DNA from: an uncultured Chloroflexia bacterium
GTDB taxonomy: Bacteria > Chloroflexota > Limnocylindria > QHBO01
Reading direction: 5' to 3'
Assembly (NCBI GenBank): GCA_963695195.1
Contig: CAVOGE010000004.1
Coordinates: 24,645 to 88,644, forward strand
DNA: 64,000 nt
Part shown: positions 17,534 through 25,995 of the stretch, piece after piece
Numbering within the stretch: the stretch's first letter is position 1
Layout: each line of letters opens with the position of its first letter
Position numbers and translations under genes: made by a program
Notes under the pieces: model-generated
The model's database searches: none
What the model saw: the letters and a program-made list of their open reading frames with translations, nothing else
What the model was told of the DNA's origin: nothing

Positions 17534-17788
17534 CGGTCCATCTCCTGTCGCTCGAGCTCGTCTCGCATGGTGGGCCACCGCTGCGGGCCGCCTTCAGCAA
17601 GCGGGCGTAGGCCTCGTGAAGGACGTCGGCCGCAAGCTCGCCGTCGCGGGTTGCCGAAACAAGGAAGCAATCAGCTCGGCCCGATGCTCTTCATAGGCAA
17701 GCCGCACGACGTCCACAGCGAGGGGATGGGTAGCGCCTCCCGACGTGTGGGCCGAGGCGCGCACCCGGGCTGGACCGGTCTCCGTCAC
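17530..17788 (-). pseudogene. Decayed ECF sigma-70 factor (region-2 fragment, frameshifted and internally deleted)
   Basis: By hand translation, one frame gives ...LAYEEHRAELIAS. After a 1-nt shift near 17663-17671, a second frame gives FLVSATRDGELAADVLHEAYARLLKAARSG, which resembles sigma region 2.1/2.2. A third frame ends ...MRDELERQEMDR-TGA, and that stop overlaps the anti-sigma ATG (ATGA). About 85 codons remain in total, and no region 4 is present. Confidence 0.5.
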
Positions 17789-18150
17789 ACAGGTACGACG
17801 CGAATGGGGTTTGGGTGTTGCGTCCTACGCTCGGCGGTCCGCCTCAGCCCTCCGGCGATCCCACTTCTCGTGGCTTGCCTTCTTCGACCCGATCCCCTGA
17901 ATCCGGGAAGGAGGCGAGTCGTCCAACGACCCGCCTCCTTTCGTGAGCCGCCACCCAAGCCATCCGCCGTCAACGCTCCCCGGATCGGCACGCAGTGGCT
18001 ACAACGGCCAAGCAGCGCGCAATTGCCCAGTGTGGCTGGCCGTCTGGTCGTCGCGCGACCGCCGCGGCCAACCTACCGGGCGAACTTCGCCGTTGTGGCC
18101 ACGGGGTGATCGCGGAGCGAAGATGCCGGGACGGTCCGGTCGCGACCGGG

Positions 18151-19959
18151 TTACGACTCGGCGCCGCCCTCGGGCTCCGCGTCTGCGATCCGCAGCGACA
18201 GGTCATCCAGCTGCTGCGGCGCGAGCGGAGCGGGGGCGTGCATCATCAGGTCGCGGCCGGCCTGCGTCTTGGGGAAGGCGGTCACCTCGCGGATGTTCTC
18301 CACGTCGGCGAGCAGCGCCGCCCAGCGGTCGATGCCGATCGCGATCCCGCCGTGCGGCGGCGCGCCGAACTCGAGCGCGTCGAGCAGGGCGCCGAACTGG
18401 TCGCGCATCCCCTCCACCGAGTGGCCCATCAGGGCAAACGCACGCTCGAGCAGGTCGCGGCGATGGATCCGCACCGATCCCCCGCCCAGCTCCCAGCCGT
18501 TGAGCGCCAGGTCGTATTGCTGCGCGTCGATCCCGCCGGGATCGGCCTCCATCCGGTCGGCCTGATCCCAGACCGGCGCGCTGAACGGGTTGTGGGTGGC
18601 GTCCCAGCGCTTGCCCTCTTCGTCCCAGGTGAACATCGGGAAGCGGTGCACCCAGACGTACGCGAGCACGCCCGGTGTGCGCAGGCCGAGTCGCGTCCCC
18701 AGCTCCAGGCGGAGACGGCCGAGCACCTCCATGCCCAGCCGTGCGTTCGCGTCGGCGACGATCAGCAACAGGTCGCCCGCGGCAGCACCCGACGCTTCCC
18801 GCACCCGCGCCTGCGCCGCCTCGTCGAGGAACTTGGCGACAGGACCGTGGAAGGATCCGTCTGGCTGCACGGAAAGGTGGACCAGGCCGCCGGCGCCGTG
18901 GCGACGGGCCATCTCGGTCAACTCGTCGAGCTGCTTCCGGGACCAGTCAGCGCTGCCGGGCGCCACAACACCACGGACCGCCCCACCGGCGGCGATGACA
19001 TCGGCGAAGACGCGGAAGTCGACCGCGCGGACTGCATCGGTCAGGTCGACCAGTTCCATCCCGAAGCGGATATCGGGCTTGTCCGAGCCAAAGCGGGCCA
19101 TCGCATCGGCATAGGTGATCCGCGGGAACGGCTCGTGCAGGATCGGTCGATCGGGAACGACCTCGTGCGTCACCGCCAGCACGGCGGCCTCTACCGTGTC
19201 CATCACATCCGCCTCGTCGACGAAGCTCATCTCCAGGTCGAGCTGCGTGAACTCGAGTTGGCGATCTCCGCGCAGGTCCTCGTCGCGGTAGCAGCGGGCC
19301 AGCTGGAAGTAGCGGTCGTAGCCGGAGACCATCAGGAGCTGCTTGAGAACCTGCGGGCTCTGCGGCAGCGCATAGAAGAGCCCCGGCTGCAGGCGCGAGG
19401 GAACGACGAAGTCCCGCGCGCCTTCGGGCGTGCTGCGGATCAGGGTGGGCGTCTCGATGTCCACGAAATCCGCCACCTCCATGGCCCGTCGAATCGCCGC
19501 GGTCAGCCGCGCGCGGAGGAGGATCCGCTGCTGCATCGTCGGGCGGCGCAGGTCCATGTATCGGTACTCCAGCCTGATCGACTCGTCCAGCCCGGCCTGC
19601 TCCTCGTTGACGTAGAACGGCGGCACCTTGCTGGCGTTGAGGACCACGAACCGATCGACCGCCACCTCGATCTCGCCGGTCGCCAGCTCGGCATTGGTCG
19701 TACCCGGAGGCCGATGACGCACGATCCCCTCGGCCTGCACCACCCACTCGTTGCGCACCGGCTCAGCGGCCGCGTGGGCATCCGGCGCCTCTTCCGCGCT
19801 GGTGACCACCTGGGTGATCCCGTACCGGTCGCGGATGTCGAAAAAGGTGAGCTGGCCGTGGTCACGACGCCGATGCACCCAGCCTGCCAGCGTCACGCGC
19901 TCCCCGACGTGGGAGGCACGGAGTTCACCGCTGGTGTGGGTGCGGAACGACTGGGCCAT
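18151..19959 (-). CDS. aspS: Aspartyl-tRNA synthetase
   Basis: Internal start MAQSFRTHTSGELRASHVGERVTLAGWVHRRRDHGQLTFFDIRDRYG (OB fold), then class II motifs (FRDEDLRGDRQLEFTQLD, GGGSVRIH). It lies 28 nt after hisS, the classic hisS-aspS pair. Confidence 0.95.
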   Translation of the reverse strand: MAQSFRTHTSGELRASHVGERVTLAGWVHRRRDHGQLTFFDIRDRYGITQVVTSAEEAPDAHAAAEPVRNEWVVQAEGIVRHRPPGTTNAELATGEIEVAVDRFVVLNASKVPPFYVNEEQAGLDESIRLEYRYMDLRRPTMQQRILLRARLTAAIRRAMEVADFVDIETPTLIRSTPEGARDFVVPSRLQPGLFYALPQSPQVLKQLLMVSGYDRYFQLARCYRDEDLRGDRQLEFTQLDLEMSFVDEADVMDTVEAAVLAVTHEVVPDRPILHEPFPRITYADAMARFGSDKPDIRFGMELVDLTDAVRAVDFRVFADVIAAGGAVRGVVAPGSADWSRKQLDELTEMARRHGAGGLVHLSVQPDGSFHGPVAKFLDEAAQARVREASGAAAGDLLLIVADANARLGMEVLGRLRLELGTRLGLRTPGVLAYVWVHRFPMFTWDEEGKRWDATHNPFSAPVWDQADRMEADPGGIDAQQYDLALNGWELGGGSVRIHRRDLLERAFALMGHSVEGMRDQFGALLDALEFGAPPHGGIAIGIDRWAALLADVENIREVTAFPKTQAGRDLMMHAPAPLAPQQLDDLSLRIADAEPEGGAES

Positions 19960-19987
19960 GGTCGGGTGATGGTAGCCGACGGTAGCC

Positions 19988-21247
19988 TCAACCGATGGCG
20001 GCGGCGACCTCGCTGAGCGGAAGCTCGCGTTGGGTGTGTCCGTCGAGGTCACGCAGGATCACGGCACGCGGGTCCTCCCCCACGATCACGGCCCACCGCG
20101 CACCGACCTTCGCGGCGCTCTCCAGCTGCCTGCCGAGCTTGCGAGTGCTGCCGTCGACGCGGACCCGTAGTCCAGCCGAGCGAAGGGTGGCCGCGGCGAC
20201 CAGTCGCGACCCCAGCGTGTCGGCCTCAGCGGACACGACCGCAACCAGTGGATCCTCGACCGCAGCCTCCACGCCCTGCTCCGCAGCTGCCATCACCGAC
20301 CGGTCGATCCCGATCCCGAAGCCGATCCCCGGCGTGGGGCGTCCACCCAACAGCTCGGCCAGGCCGTCGTAGCGGCCGCCCCCACCGAGCGCCTGCTGCT
20401 GCCCGCGCCGGCCGGCGATGAAAAACTCGAAGGTGGTGCGGGTGTAGTAGTCGAGCCCACGCACCAGGCGGTGGTCCAGCTCGTACGGCACGCCCAGCCC
20501 ATCCAGCAGGCCCCGCACCGCGTCGAAGTGGGCACGACAGGCGTCGCAGAGGTGGTCGACGGATCGCGGCGCACCGGCTGCCACCGCTGCGTCGAGGTCC
20601 TTGTCGTCAAGCACCCGCAGCGGGTTGGTGCGCAGGCGGCGCCGAGAGTCGTCGGTCAGTTGGTCCTGGTGGGCAGCGAGGTACTCGACCAGGGCGGCCC
20701 GGTAGCCCGGGCGGCAGGTGGCGTCACCGATGGAATTGATGTAGGCCACCACATCGGTCAGGCCAAGGTCGGCAAAGTACCGATGGCCGAGCTCGATCAC
20801 CTCCGCGTCCACCATCGGTCCCGGATCGCCGATCACTTCGACGTCCCACTGGGTGAATTGGCGAAATCGCCCCGCCTGCGGGCGGTCGTAGCGGAACATG
20901 GAACCGAGCATCCACAGGCGCAGCGGGCCGGGGCGCACGTGCATGCCGTGCTCCACGAAGGCGCGGATGATCCCGGCGGTCGGTTCGGGGCGCAGCGCCC
21001 ACTCGGCGCGCTCCTCCTCGCTGCCGGTCGCGCCGCTGACCCGGAACATCTCCTTCTCCACCGCATCGCTCGCCTCGCCCAGGCCGCGGGCGAAGAGCTC
21101 GGCCCGCTCGAAGAGGGGCGTCTCGATCCGGTCGAACGCGTAGCGATGGGAGAGGTCGCGGGCGATCGCCTCGGCGCGATTCCAGGCCGGGCCATCCTCG
21201 GGAAGGAGGTCGCGGGTTCCACGAGGAGCGGCGATCGGGCGGGCCAT
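19988..21247 (-). CDS. hisS: Histidyl-tRNA synthetase
   Basis: MARPIAAPRGTRDLLPEDG..., MFRYDRPQAGRFRQFTQ (motif 2) and GGGRYDGL (motif 3). The track ORF extends 23 codons further upstream, to 21316. Confidence 0.93.
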   Translation of the reverse strand: MARPIAAPRGTRDLLPEDGPAWNRAEAIARDLSHRYAFDRIETPLFERAELFARGLGEASDAVEKEMFRVSGATGSEEERAEWALRPEPTAGIIRAFVEHGMHVRPGPLRLWMLGSMFRYDRPQAGRFRQFTQWDVEVIGDPGPMVDAEVIELGHRYFADLGLTDVVAYINSIGDATCRPGYRAALVEYLAAHQDQLTDDSRRRLRTNPLRVLDDKDLDAAVAAGAPRSVDHLCDACRAHFDAVRGLLDGLGVPYELDHRLVRGLDYYTRTTFEFFIAGRRGQQQALGGGGRYDGLAELLGGRPTPGIGFGIGIDRSVMAAAEQGVEAAVEDPLVAVVSAEADTLGSRLVAAATLRSAGLRVRVDGSTRKLGRQLESAAKVGARWAVIVGEDPRAVILRDLDGHTQRELPLSEVAAAIG

Positions 21248-21399
21248 GCACGGAGTGTACCCAGCCGCCGACCGATGGAACGGGTGTGGTGGACGCGTCG
21301 TGTCAGAGGCGTTCATGCAATCGTGCAGTCGTGCAATGGTGCTGCACGAATGGTCCTGACAGCGCGCCAGCTCCGTCGAATGCGTCGACCGAACGACCG

Positions 21400-23616
21400 C
21401 TAGCGCGCCTCGCGGGTGACGCTGGTCACGTCGCGCACCCGCTCGATGCGAGACAGCACCTTGGAAAGCTGCTGCAACGACGTCACCTTGAGCGTGGCGG
21501 TGATGGCGGCGGTGCCATCCGGGTGCGTCCCGATCGAGGCGGCCACGATATTCACCTTGTCCTCGGCCACCACGTTGGTGATCTCGCTCAGTAGCCCCGG
21601 CCGGTCGAGCGCGGCGATGCGCACCGTGATCGGGTAGGTCTGCAGGTCGGCTGCCTGCCAGTCGACGTCGATCAACCGCTCGATGTCGCGCTCGGAGAGG
21701 ACCGACGGACAGGTGGCGCGATGCACCGTCACTCCCTTGCCGCGCGTGACGTAGCCGGTGATCGGGTCGCCCGGGATCGGAGAACAGCAGTTCGCGAACC
21801 GAACCAGCAGGTCGCCCACCCCCTTGACGCGGATGCCGGTGGACGAGGGCACGGAGATTGCCGGCGGGGCCACTTCGGGGAGGGCCAGCGCGGCATCGTC
21901 GTGGATCTCCAGCTTGCCGACCACGCTTGCCGGCGAGACGGCGCCGTAGCCGATGGCGGCGTAGAAGTCGTCGAGCTCCTTGTAGTGGGCCTGGGTGGCG
22001 ATGGCAGCCAGCCGATCCGCGTTGACGCTCGACAGCGTCTCGTGGGCCAGGCGGCGCAGCTCACGGTCGAGCAGCTCCTTGCCCTGCGCGACGTTCTCAT
22101 CGCGCTGCTGGTGCTTGAACCAGGCACGGATCTTCTCGCGAGCCTGGTTGGTGCGCACGATGCTCAGCCAGTCTCGCGAGGGCCCGTGCGCTGCCTTGGT
22201 GGTGATGATCTCCACGATGTCGCCGTTGCGCAGCCGGTAGTCGAGCGGCACCAGCCTGTTGTTGACCTTGGAGCCGATTGTCCGATGGCCGACATCGGTG
22301 TGGATCCGGTAGGCGAAGTCGAGTGGCGTTGCGCCGCTCGGCAGGTCCTTGACGTCGCCCTTGGGGGTAAAGACGAAGACCTGGTCCTGGAAGATGTCGA
22401 GCTTGAGGCCCTCCACGAACTCGGTCGCGTCGACCACCTCACGCTGCCATTCGATCAGCTGGCGCACCCAGGCGAGCTTCTCGTCGTAGCGGCGGTCGCC
22501 GCGACTGCCCTCCTTGTAGCGCCAGTGGGCGGCAATCCCCGCCTCGGCGACCTCGTGCATCTGGCGCGTGCGGATCTGCACCTCCAGCGGCTTGGCATCG
22601 ATACCGATGACCGCGGTGTGCAGGCTCTGGTACAGGTTCGCCTTGGGCATGGCGATGTAGTCGTCGAACTGCCCGGGGATCGGTCGCCACAGCGAGTGCA
22701 CGACACCGAGTGCCGCATAGGTGTCCTTGAGCTCCTCGACGATCAGGCGCACGGCGTGCAGGTCGTAGATCTCGCTGAACTCGGCCCCCTTGCGCTCCAT
22801 CTTCTTGTGGATGCTGTACAGGTGCTTGGGGCGGCCGCTGATCTCGGCCTTGATCCCCACCTTGGCCAGCTCCTTGCTCAGGATGCCGATGCTCTTGTTG
22901 ATGAACGACTCGCGCTCCTTGCGGCGGTCGGCGAGCATCTCCACCAGGACCCGGTACTGCTCCGGGTCGGTGTACTTGAAGGAGAGGTCTTCGAGCTCCC
23001 ATTTCCACTGCCAGATGCCCAGCCGGTGCGCCAGTGGGGCGTAGATCTCCATCGTCTGGGCCGCGATCCGCGCCTGCTTATCGACCGGCAGGAAGCCCAG
23101 GGTGCGCATGTTGTGGAGCCGGTCAGCGAGCTTGATGATGACCACCCGCACGTCCTCGGCCATGGCCATGAACATCTTCCGGATGTTCTCCGCCTGCTGT
23201 TCCTCCATGCTCCGCGCGCTGCCGAACTTGGAGAGCTTGGTGACCCCGTCGACCAGCCGCCCCACCTCGCGCCCGAAGCGCTTCTCGAGGTCGGCGATGC
23301 TGAGATCGGTATCCTCCGGCACGTCATGGAGGAGGGCCGCAGCAAGGCTCTCGGCGTCCATCTGGAGCGTGGCCAGCTCGTAGGCGACGGCCACCGGGTG
23401 GGTGATGTACGGCTCGCCGGACGCGCGCACCTGGCCCTCGTGCGCGGTGGCGGCCACCTGGTGGGCGCGCTCGATCAGGCCGACGTTGATGCTCGGCCGG
23501 TGGCGTCGCGCTTCGGCGACGACGTCTTCGATGGTGGGCGTGCTGGCCGCTGGCTCGGCATTCCGGATGCGCTTCGCCACGGCGGCCGGGGCGGCCCGCA
23601 GGCGTGCCAGGTCCAT
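21400..23616 (-). CDS. relA: Bifunctional (p)ppGpp synthetase/hydrolase (RSH)
   Basis: 738-aa ORF with an HD hydrolase domain (HPVAVA...LLHDVPEDT), a synthetase domain (YRSLHT-like QSLHTAVIG), TGS (VFTPKGDV..LP.GATPLDFAY) and a C-terminal ACT domain. Confidence 0.95.
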   Translation of the reverse strand: MDLARLRAAPAAVAKRIRNAEPAASTPTIEDVVAEARRHRPSINVGLIERAHQVAATAHEGQVRASGEPYITHPVAVAYELATLQMDAESLAAALLHDVPEDTDLSIADLEKRFGREVGRLVDGVTKLSKFGSARSMEEQQAENIRKMFMAMAEDVRVVIIKLADRLHNMRTLGFLPVDKQARIAAQTMEIYAPLAHRLGIWQWKWELEDLSFKYTDPEQYRVLVEMLADRRKERESFINKSIGILSKELAKVGIKAEISGRPKHLYSIHKKMERKGAEFSEIYDLHAVRLIVEELKDTYAALGVVHSLWRPIPGQFDDYIAMPKANLYQSLHTAVIGIDAKPLEVQIRTRQMHEVAEAGIAAHWRYKEGSRGDRRYDEKLAWVRQLIEWQREVVDATEFVEGLKLDIFQDQVFVFTPKGDVKDLPSGATPLDFAYRIHTDVGHRTIGSKVNNRLVPLDYRLRNGDIVEIITTKAAHGPSRDWLSIVRTNQAREKIRAWFKHQQRDENVAQGKELLDRELRRLAHETLSSVNADRLAAIATQAHYKELDDFYAAIGYGAVSPASVVGKLEIHDDAALALPEVAPPAISVPSSTGIRVKGVGDLLVRFANCCSPIPGDPITGYVTRGKGVTVHRATCPSVLSERDIERLIDVDWQAADLQTYPITVRIAALDRPGLLSEITNVVAEDKVNIVAASIGTHPDGTAAITATLKVTSLQQLSKVLSRIERVRDVTSVTREAR

Positions 23617-23894
23617 GGTCGGTGGATCGTAGCACGCACGGTCGGTGGCTCAGGATGGACCGATGGAGATGTGGCGTGAGCCGGCCGGTCCTCGCTCGGC
23701 TACCGCAACTCGCAGCGGACCGGCCGCCTCACGCCTCTTCTTTGCTTCTCCTCAGCACTCCTGGCCGAGCGTCCCACCGCGTAGAGGTTGTTGCCGCTTC
23801 ACGCGTCAGCTCGCAGGCCCACCCCTACGTCCAGCCACGGAACACTCGCGTGTGCGGGTGTGTGTGAATGACGCCAGACGTGGTGGCCGGAGGC

Positions 23895-24071
23895 TTATCC
23901 GGAGCGGAAGGTCCACTCGTCATAGGATGACGGCGCCACCTTCTCGAGTGCGTGCAGAGCAAGCCCGGGGTTGCCGGATGCGGCCTTCGCGACTCTCGGA
24001 AGAACGAGGAACTCCGGCTCGACGGGTCCTAGGGCTAAGAGAATCTTGGCGCTGAAGTGGAGCAATTTCAC
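23895..24071 (-). CDS. Possible 58-aa ORF translationally coupled to the upstream gene
   Basis: It is below the track cutoff and was found by hand. The GTG overlaps the TGA of the 159-aa gene (GTGA): VKLLHFSAKILLALGPVEPEFLVLPRVAKAASGNPGLALHALEKVAPSSYDEWTFRSG-TAA. I recognise no family, so coding status is uncertain. Confidence 0.25.
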   Translation of the reverse strand: MKLLHFSAKILLALGPVEPEFLVLPRVAKAASGNPGLALHALEKVAPSSYDEWTFRSG

Positions 24072-24547
24072 GGCGCGTGGTCAACTACAGGCTTAGAAGC
24101 AAAGTCGAAGCGGCAGAGAACGATCTCCCCGTTATCACCCTCGGTGCCACCGAGGTCGTTGATCACATCGCGCTCCCTGGCAACTACATCGCCATCAGGG
24201 GCAACCAGTTCCGCGCGACCGCTCAGAAGACGCGCCGAGTATCCGGCCGGCCACACGATCGACTGTCGCTCCCCGTTGTCCACTCTCGTGAACAGCAGCG
24301 CATTCCCGTCTCGCTCGACGCGAATCGGGAACACTAGGAAGTTGGCGCAGCCGAATCCACTAGGTGGCCAAGGTCGCCATGACTGCGTGAGCAGGACCAG
24401 CGGTGTTGCCCCAGGAGGCAGCGCCGCTGGTCGTGGAGGACCCAGCCACACCGCAGCAGCCACCAGGCCGCCCAGGGCAATGACGAGCAGACCCATCCGG
24501 GTGGCTGAAGCAGGTCCGCGGACATTGGGGCGCGTCACCGGCTGCAC
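24068..24547 (-). CDS. Membrane-anchored small protein, unknown function
   Basis: 159-aa ORF in the lower-GC islet, with an N-terminal TM (MGLLVIALGGLVAAAVWL) and a beta-rich-looking C-domain (NALLFTRVDNGERQSIVWPAGYSARLLSGRAELVAPDGDVV). It begins 18 nt after the protease stop. Confidence 0.55.
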   Translation of the reverse strand: MQPVTRPNVRGPASATRMGLLVIALGGLVAAAVWLGPPRPAALPPGATPLVLLTQSWRPWPPSGFGCANFLVFPIRVERDGNALLFTRVDNGERQSIVWPAGYSARLLSGRAELVAPDGDVVARERDVINDLGGTEGDNGEIVLCRFDFASKPVVDHAP

Positions 24548-24565
24548 AGATGGTGTCTCCGGCCA

Positions 24566-25719
24566 CTACGGGACGGTGACGGCGTGTGCTGCATAGAAGT
24601 TGGCGATAGTTTGATACTGCGTGGCGTAGCTCATCCATTTGAAGGTCCAAATGTCCCAGACCCTGCCACTGAGGACGCCACGGATACCGGCTCGGGCGGG
24701 TGAACTGTACTTGTACCAGAGCGGTCCTCCGGAGTCACCGCTCTGAATGACCGCGCCGCTGGGGGTGTTGAATCCAGCCAGGTTGTGGGCGCACCCCGGA
24801 TAGTCGGCGTAGCACATGGTTTGGTCGAGACGCTGGACAATCCAGCCGCAATCGACCCCACCGGTTCTGCCGGTGGTGCAGTAAGAGCTGCCGATCGCCG
24901 GATTCCACGCGTTGGTCACAGGCCGCTTGGTTGTGGCCGAGTCGTAGATATATCCTTGGTAACTGTGTCCGTAAATGAGCTCGAAATCCCAGTAGGGAAA
25001 ACCTGAGGATCGAGCCACACCGTGCCCATGTTGGTCGTGGCTCCGTTGATTTGGTTGCAGTGCCCAGCCGTCACCATATAGATTTGCGACCCGGGTAGAT
25101 TGAAGTCGAGCGTGAAACGATCGGATGTGCAGCCGCCGATGACCGTACCAGGTTTGCCCCACCCGAATGAGGCTGCAGGGATCGTTACTCTGGCTCGTCA
25201 TGTCGAAGAGCGCCGGCCGGAAGGAGATCTTCGCCGGGGAATGCCTTTTCGATCGGTTGCGAAAGCGCTCCTGGGCGCATCGGACTGAAGAAGGACGGTA
25301 CCCGACGTCGGGGTGAACCCGGATGTGCAATCGCCGTACCGTTTGATTTGCCGGACCCGGATGAGGCTGCGGATCGTTGCGTCGCTAACCCCTTCAATCG
25401 TTGCGCGGTCAATGGGTCGCGTTTCTATTCGGACCGCAATGCTCAGGTCTGACGAGTCTGCAGAGACAAATGTGTTCTCACCAGACGACGGCACGACCAC
25501 GACCAATTCGCCCGCATCTTCGTCTAGATAGACGCCGAGGGCGCCCTTCGATTCCGCACGGGCTTGCAGCTTGACCGAATCCGCCTCGCGCGCGGCCATC
25601 GCGGTTGAGTCGTCAGCCGTGTCCACGGTCCCGGCGGACACGTTCGACGTCGCGGATAGCAATACGGCGGCGACGACGAGGGGAAGCCTGCGCCGTTGAG
25701 AGGGGCGTGCATTGCTCAT
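24566..25719 (-). pseudogene. Alpha-lytic/streptogrisin-type (S1) secreted serine protease, disrupted
   Basis: The signal peptide plus pro-region are in one frame (MSNARPSQRRRLPLVVAAVLLSATSNVSAG...). That frame hits TGA at 25198-25200, then continues ...GKPGTVIGGCTSDRFTLDFNLPGSQIYMVTAGHCNQINGATTNMGT (catalytic His). The Asp and Ser parts (SSGFPYWDFELIYG ... GDSGGPLWYKY) are in another frame, with the switch at the GTGTG run near 25015-25024. A GGGAGGA Shine-Dalgarno precedes the ATG. Confidence 0.6.
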
Positions 25720-25995
25720 TCTCGGATCCTCCCTCTCTTGGTGCGAATGGCTCGCTCACACGGGGCCACGTTACCAGATGAGCGCGAAACCACCAAGAGG
25801 TGGAGCCAAGTCTTAGGGCCTGTGGCCGAATTCCGGTCGTGAGGTGAGGCACGCGTGGACTCGCGCGAGCGTGCTGCCACCAGAGGGTAGGCTCGCGGTG
25901 TGATGTGGATGAATGCCAGCGCCCCGACCGCGAATCCCGGCAATCCGGCCCCGTCGATCAACAGCCCCCTTGCACTGGGCGCCGGACGCTGGGCG

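Noticed and set aside
21279-21297. AACGGGTGTGGTGGACGCG, which resembles the T-box consensus (AAnnnGGGTGGTACCGCG), in the relA-hisS spacer.
   Set aside because: It is on the plus strand whereas hisS is transcribed on the minus strand. It has a 2-nt insertion relative to the consensus, and the spacer (about 150 nt) is too short for a full T-box leader.
21316-21347. Degenerate tandem octamers TGCAATCG/TGCAGTCG/TGCAATGG/TGCTGCAC with an embedded 7-bp inverted repeat (CGTGCAG...CTGCACG).
   Set aside because: It is short and imperfect, has no U-tract, and overlaps the possible extended hisS start. I cannot distinguish it from chance or from a weak relA terminator.
23645-24596. Plus-strand ORFs 23645..24055 (136 aa) and 24057..24596 (179 aa) in the islet.
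   Set aside because: Their translations are Ser/Arg/Pro-rich without motifs. The minus-strand ORFs there have an SD-linked or overlap-coupled arrangement and more protein-like sequences.
25198-25200. The idea that TGA is recoded (Trp or Sec) in this organism, explaining the in-frame TGAs at 25198 and 48906.
   Set aside because: TGA is clearly the working stop of many genes here (murE, mnmA, topA, iscS and others), often inside ATGA/GTGA overlaps with the next gene's start. I saw no SECIS-like hairpin directly after either site.
23617-25995. Calling the lower-GC islet a mobile element or prophage remnant.
   Set aside because: I found no integrase, transposase, flanking direct repeats or tRNA target. 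Only composition and gene content suggest foreign origin, so it is reported as a finding and not as a mobile_element feature.
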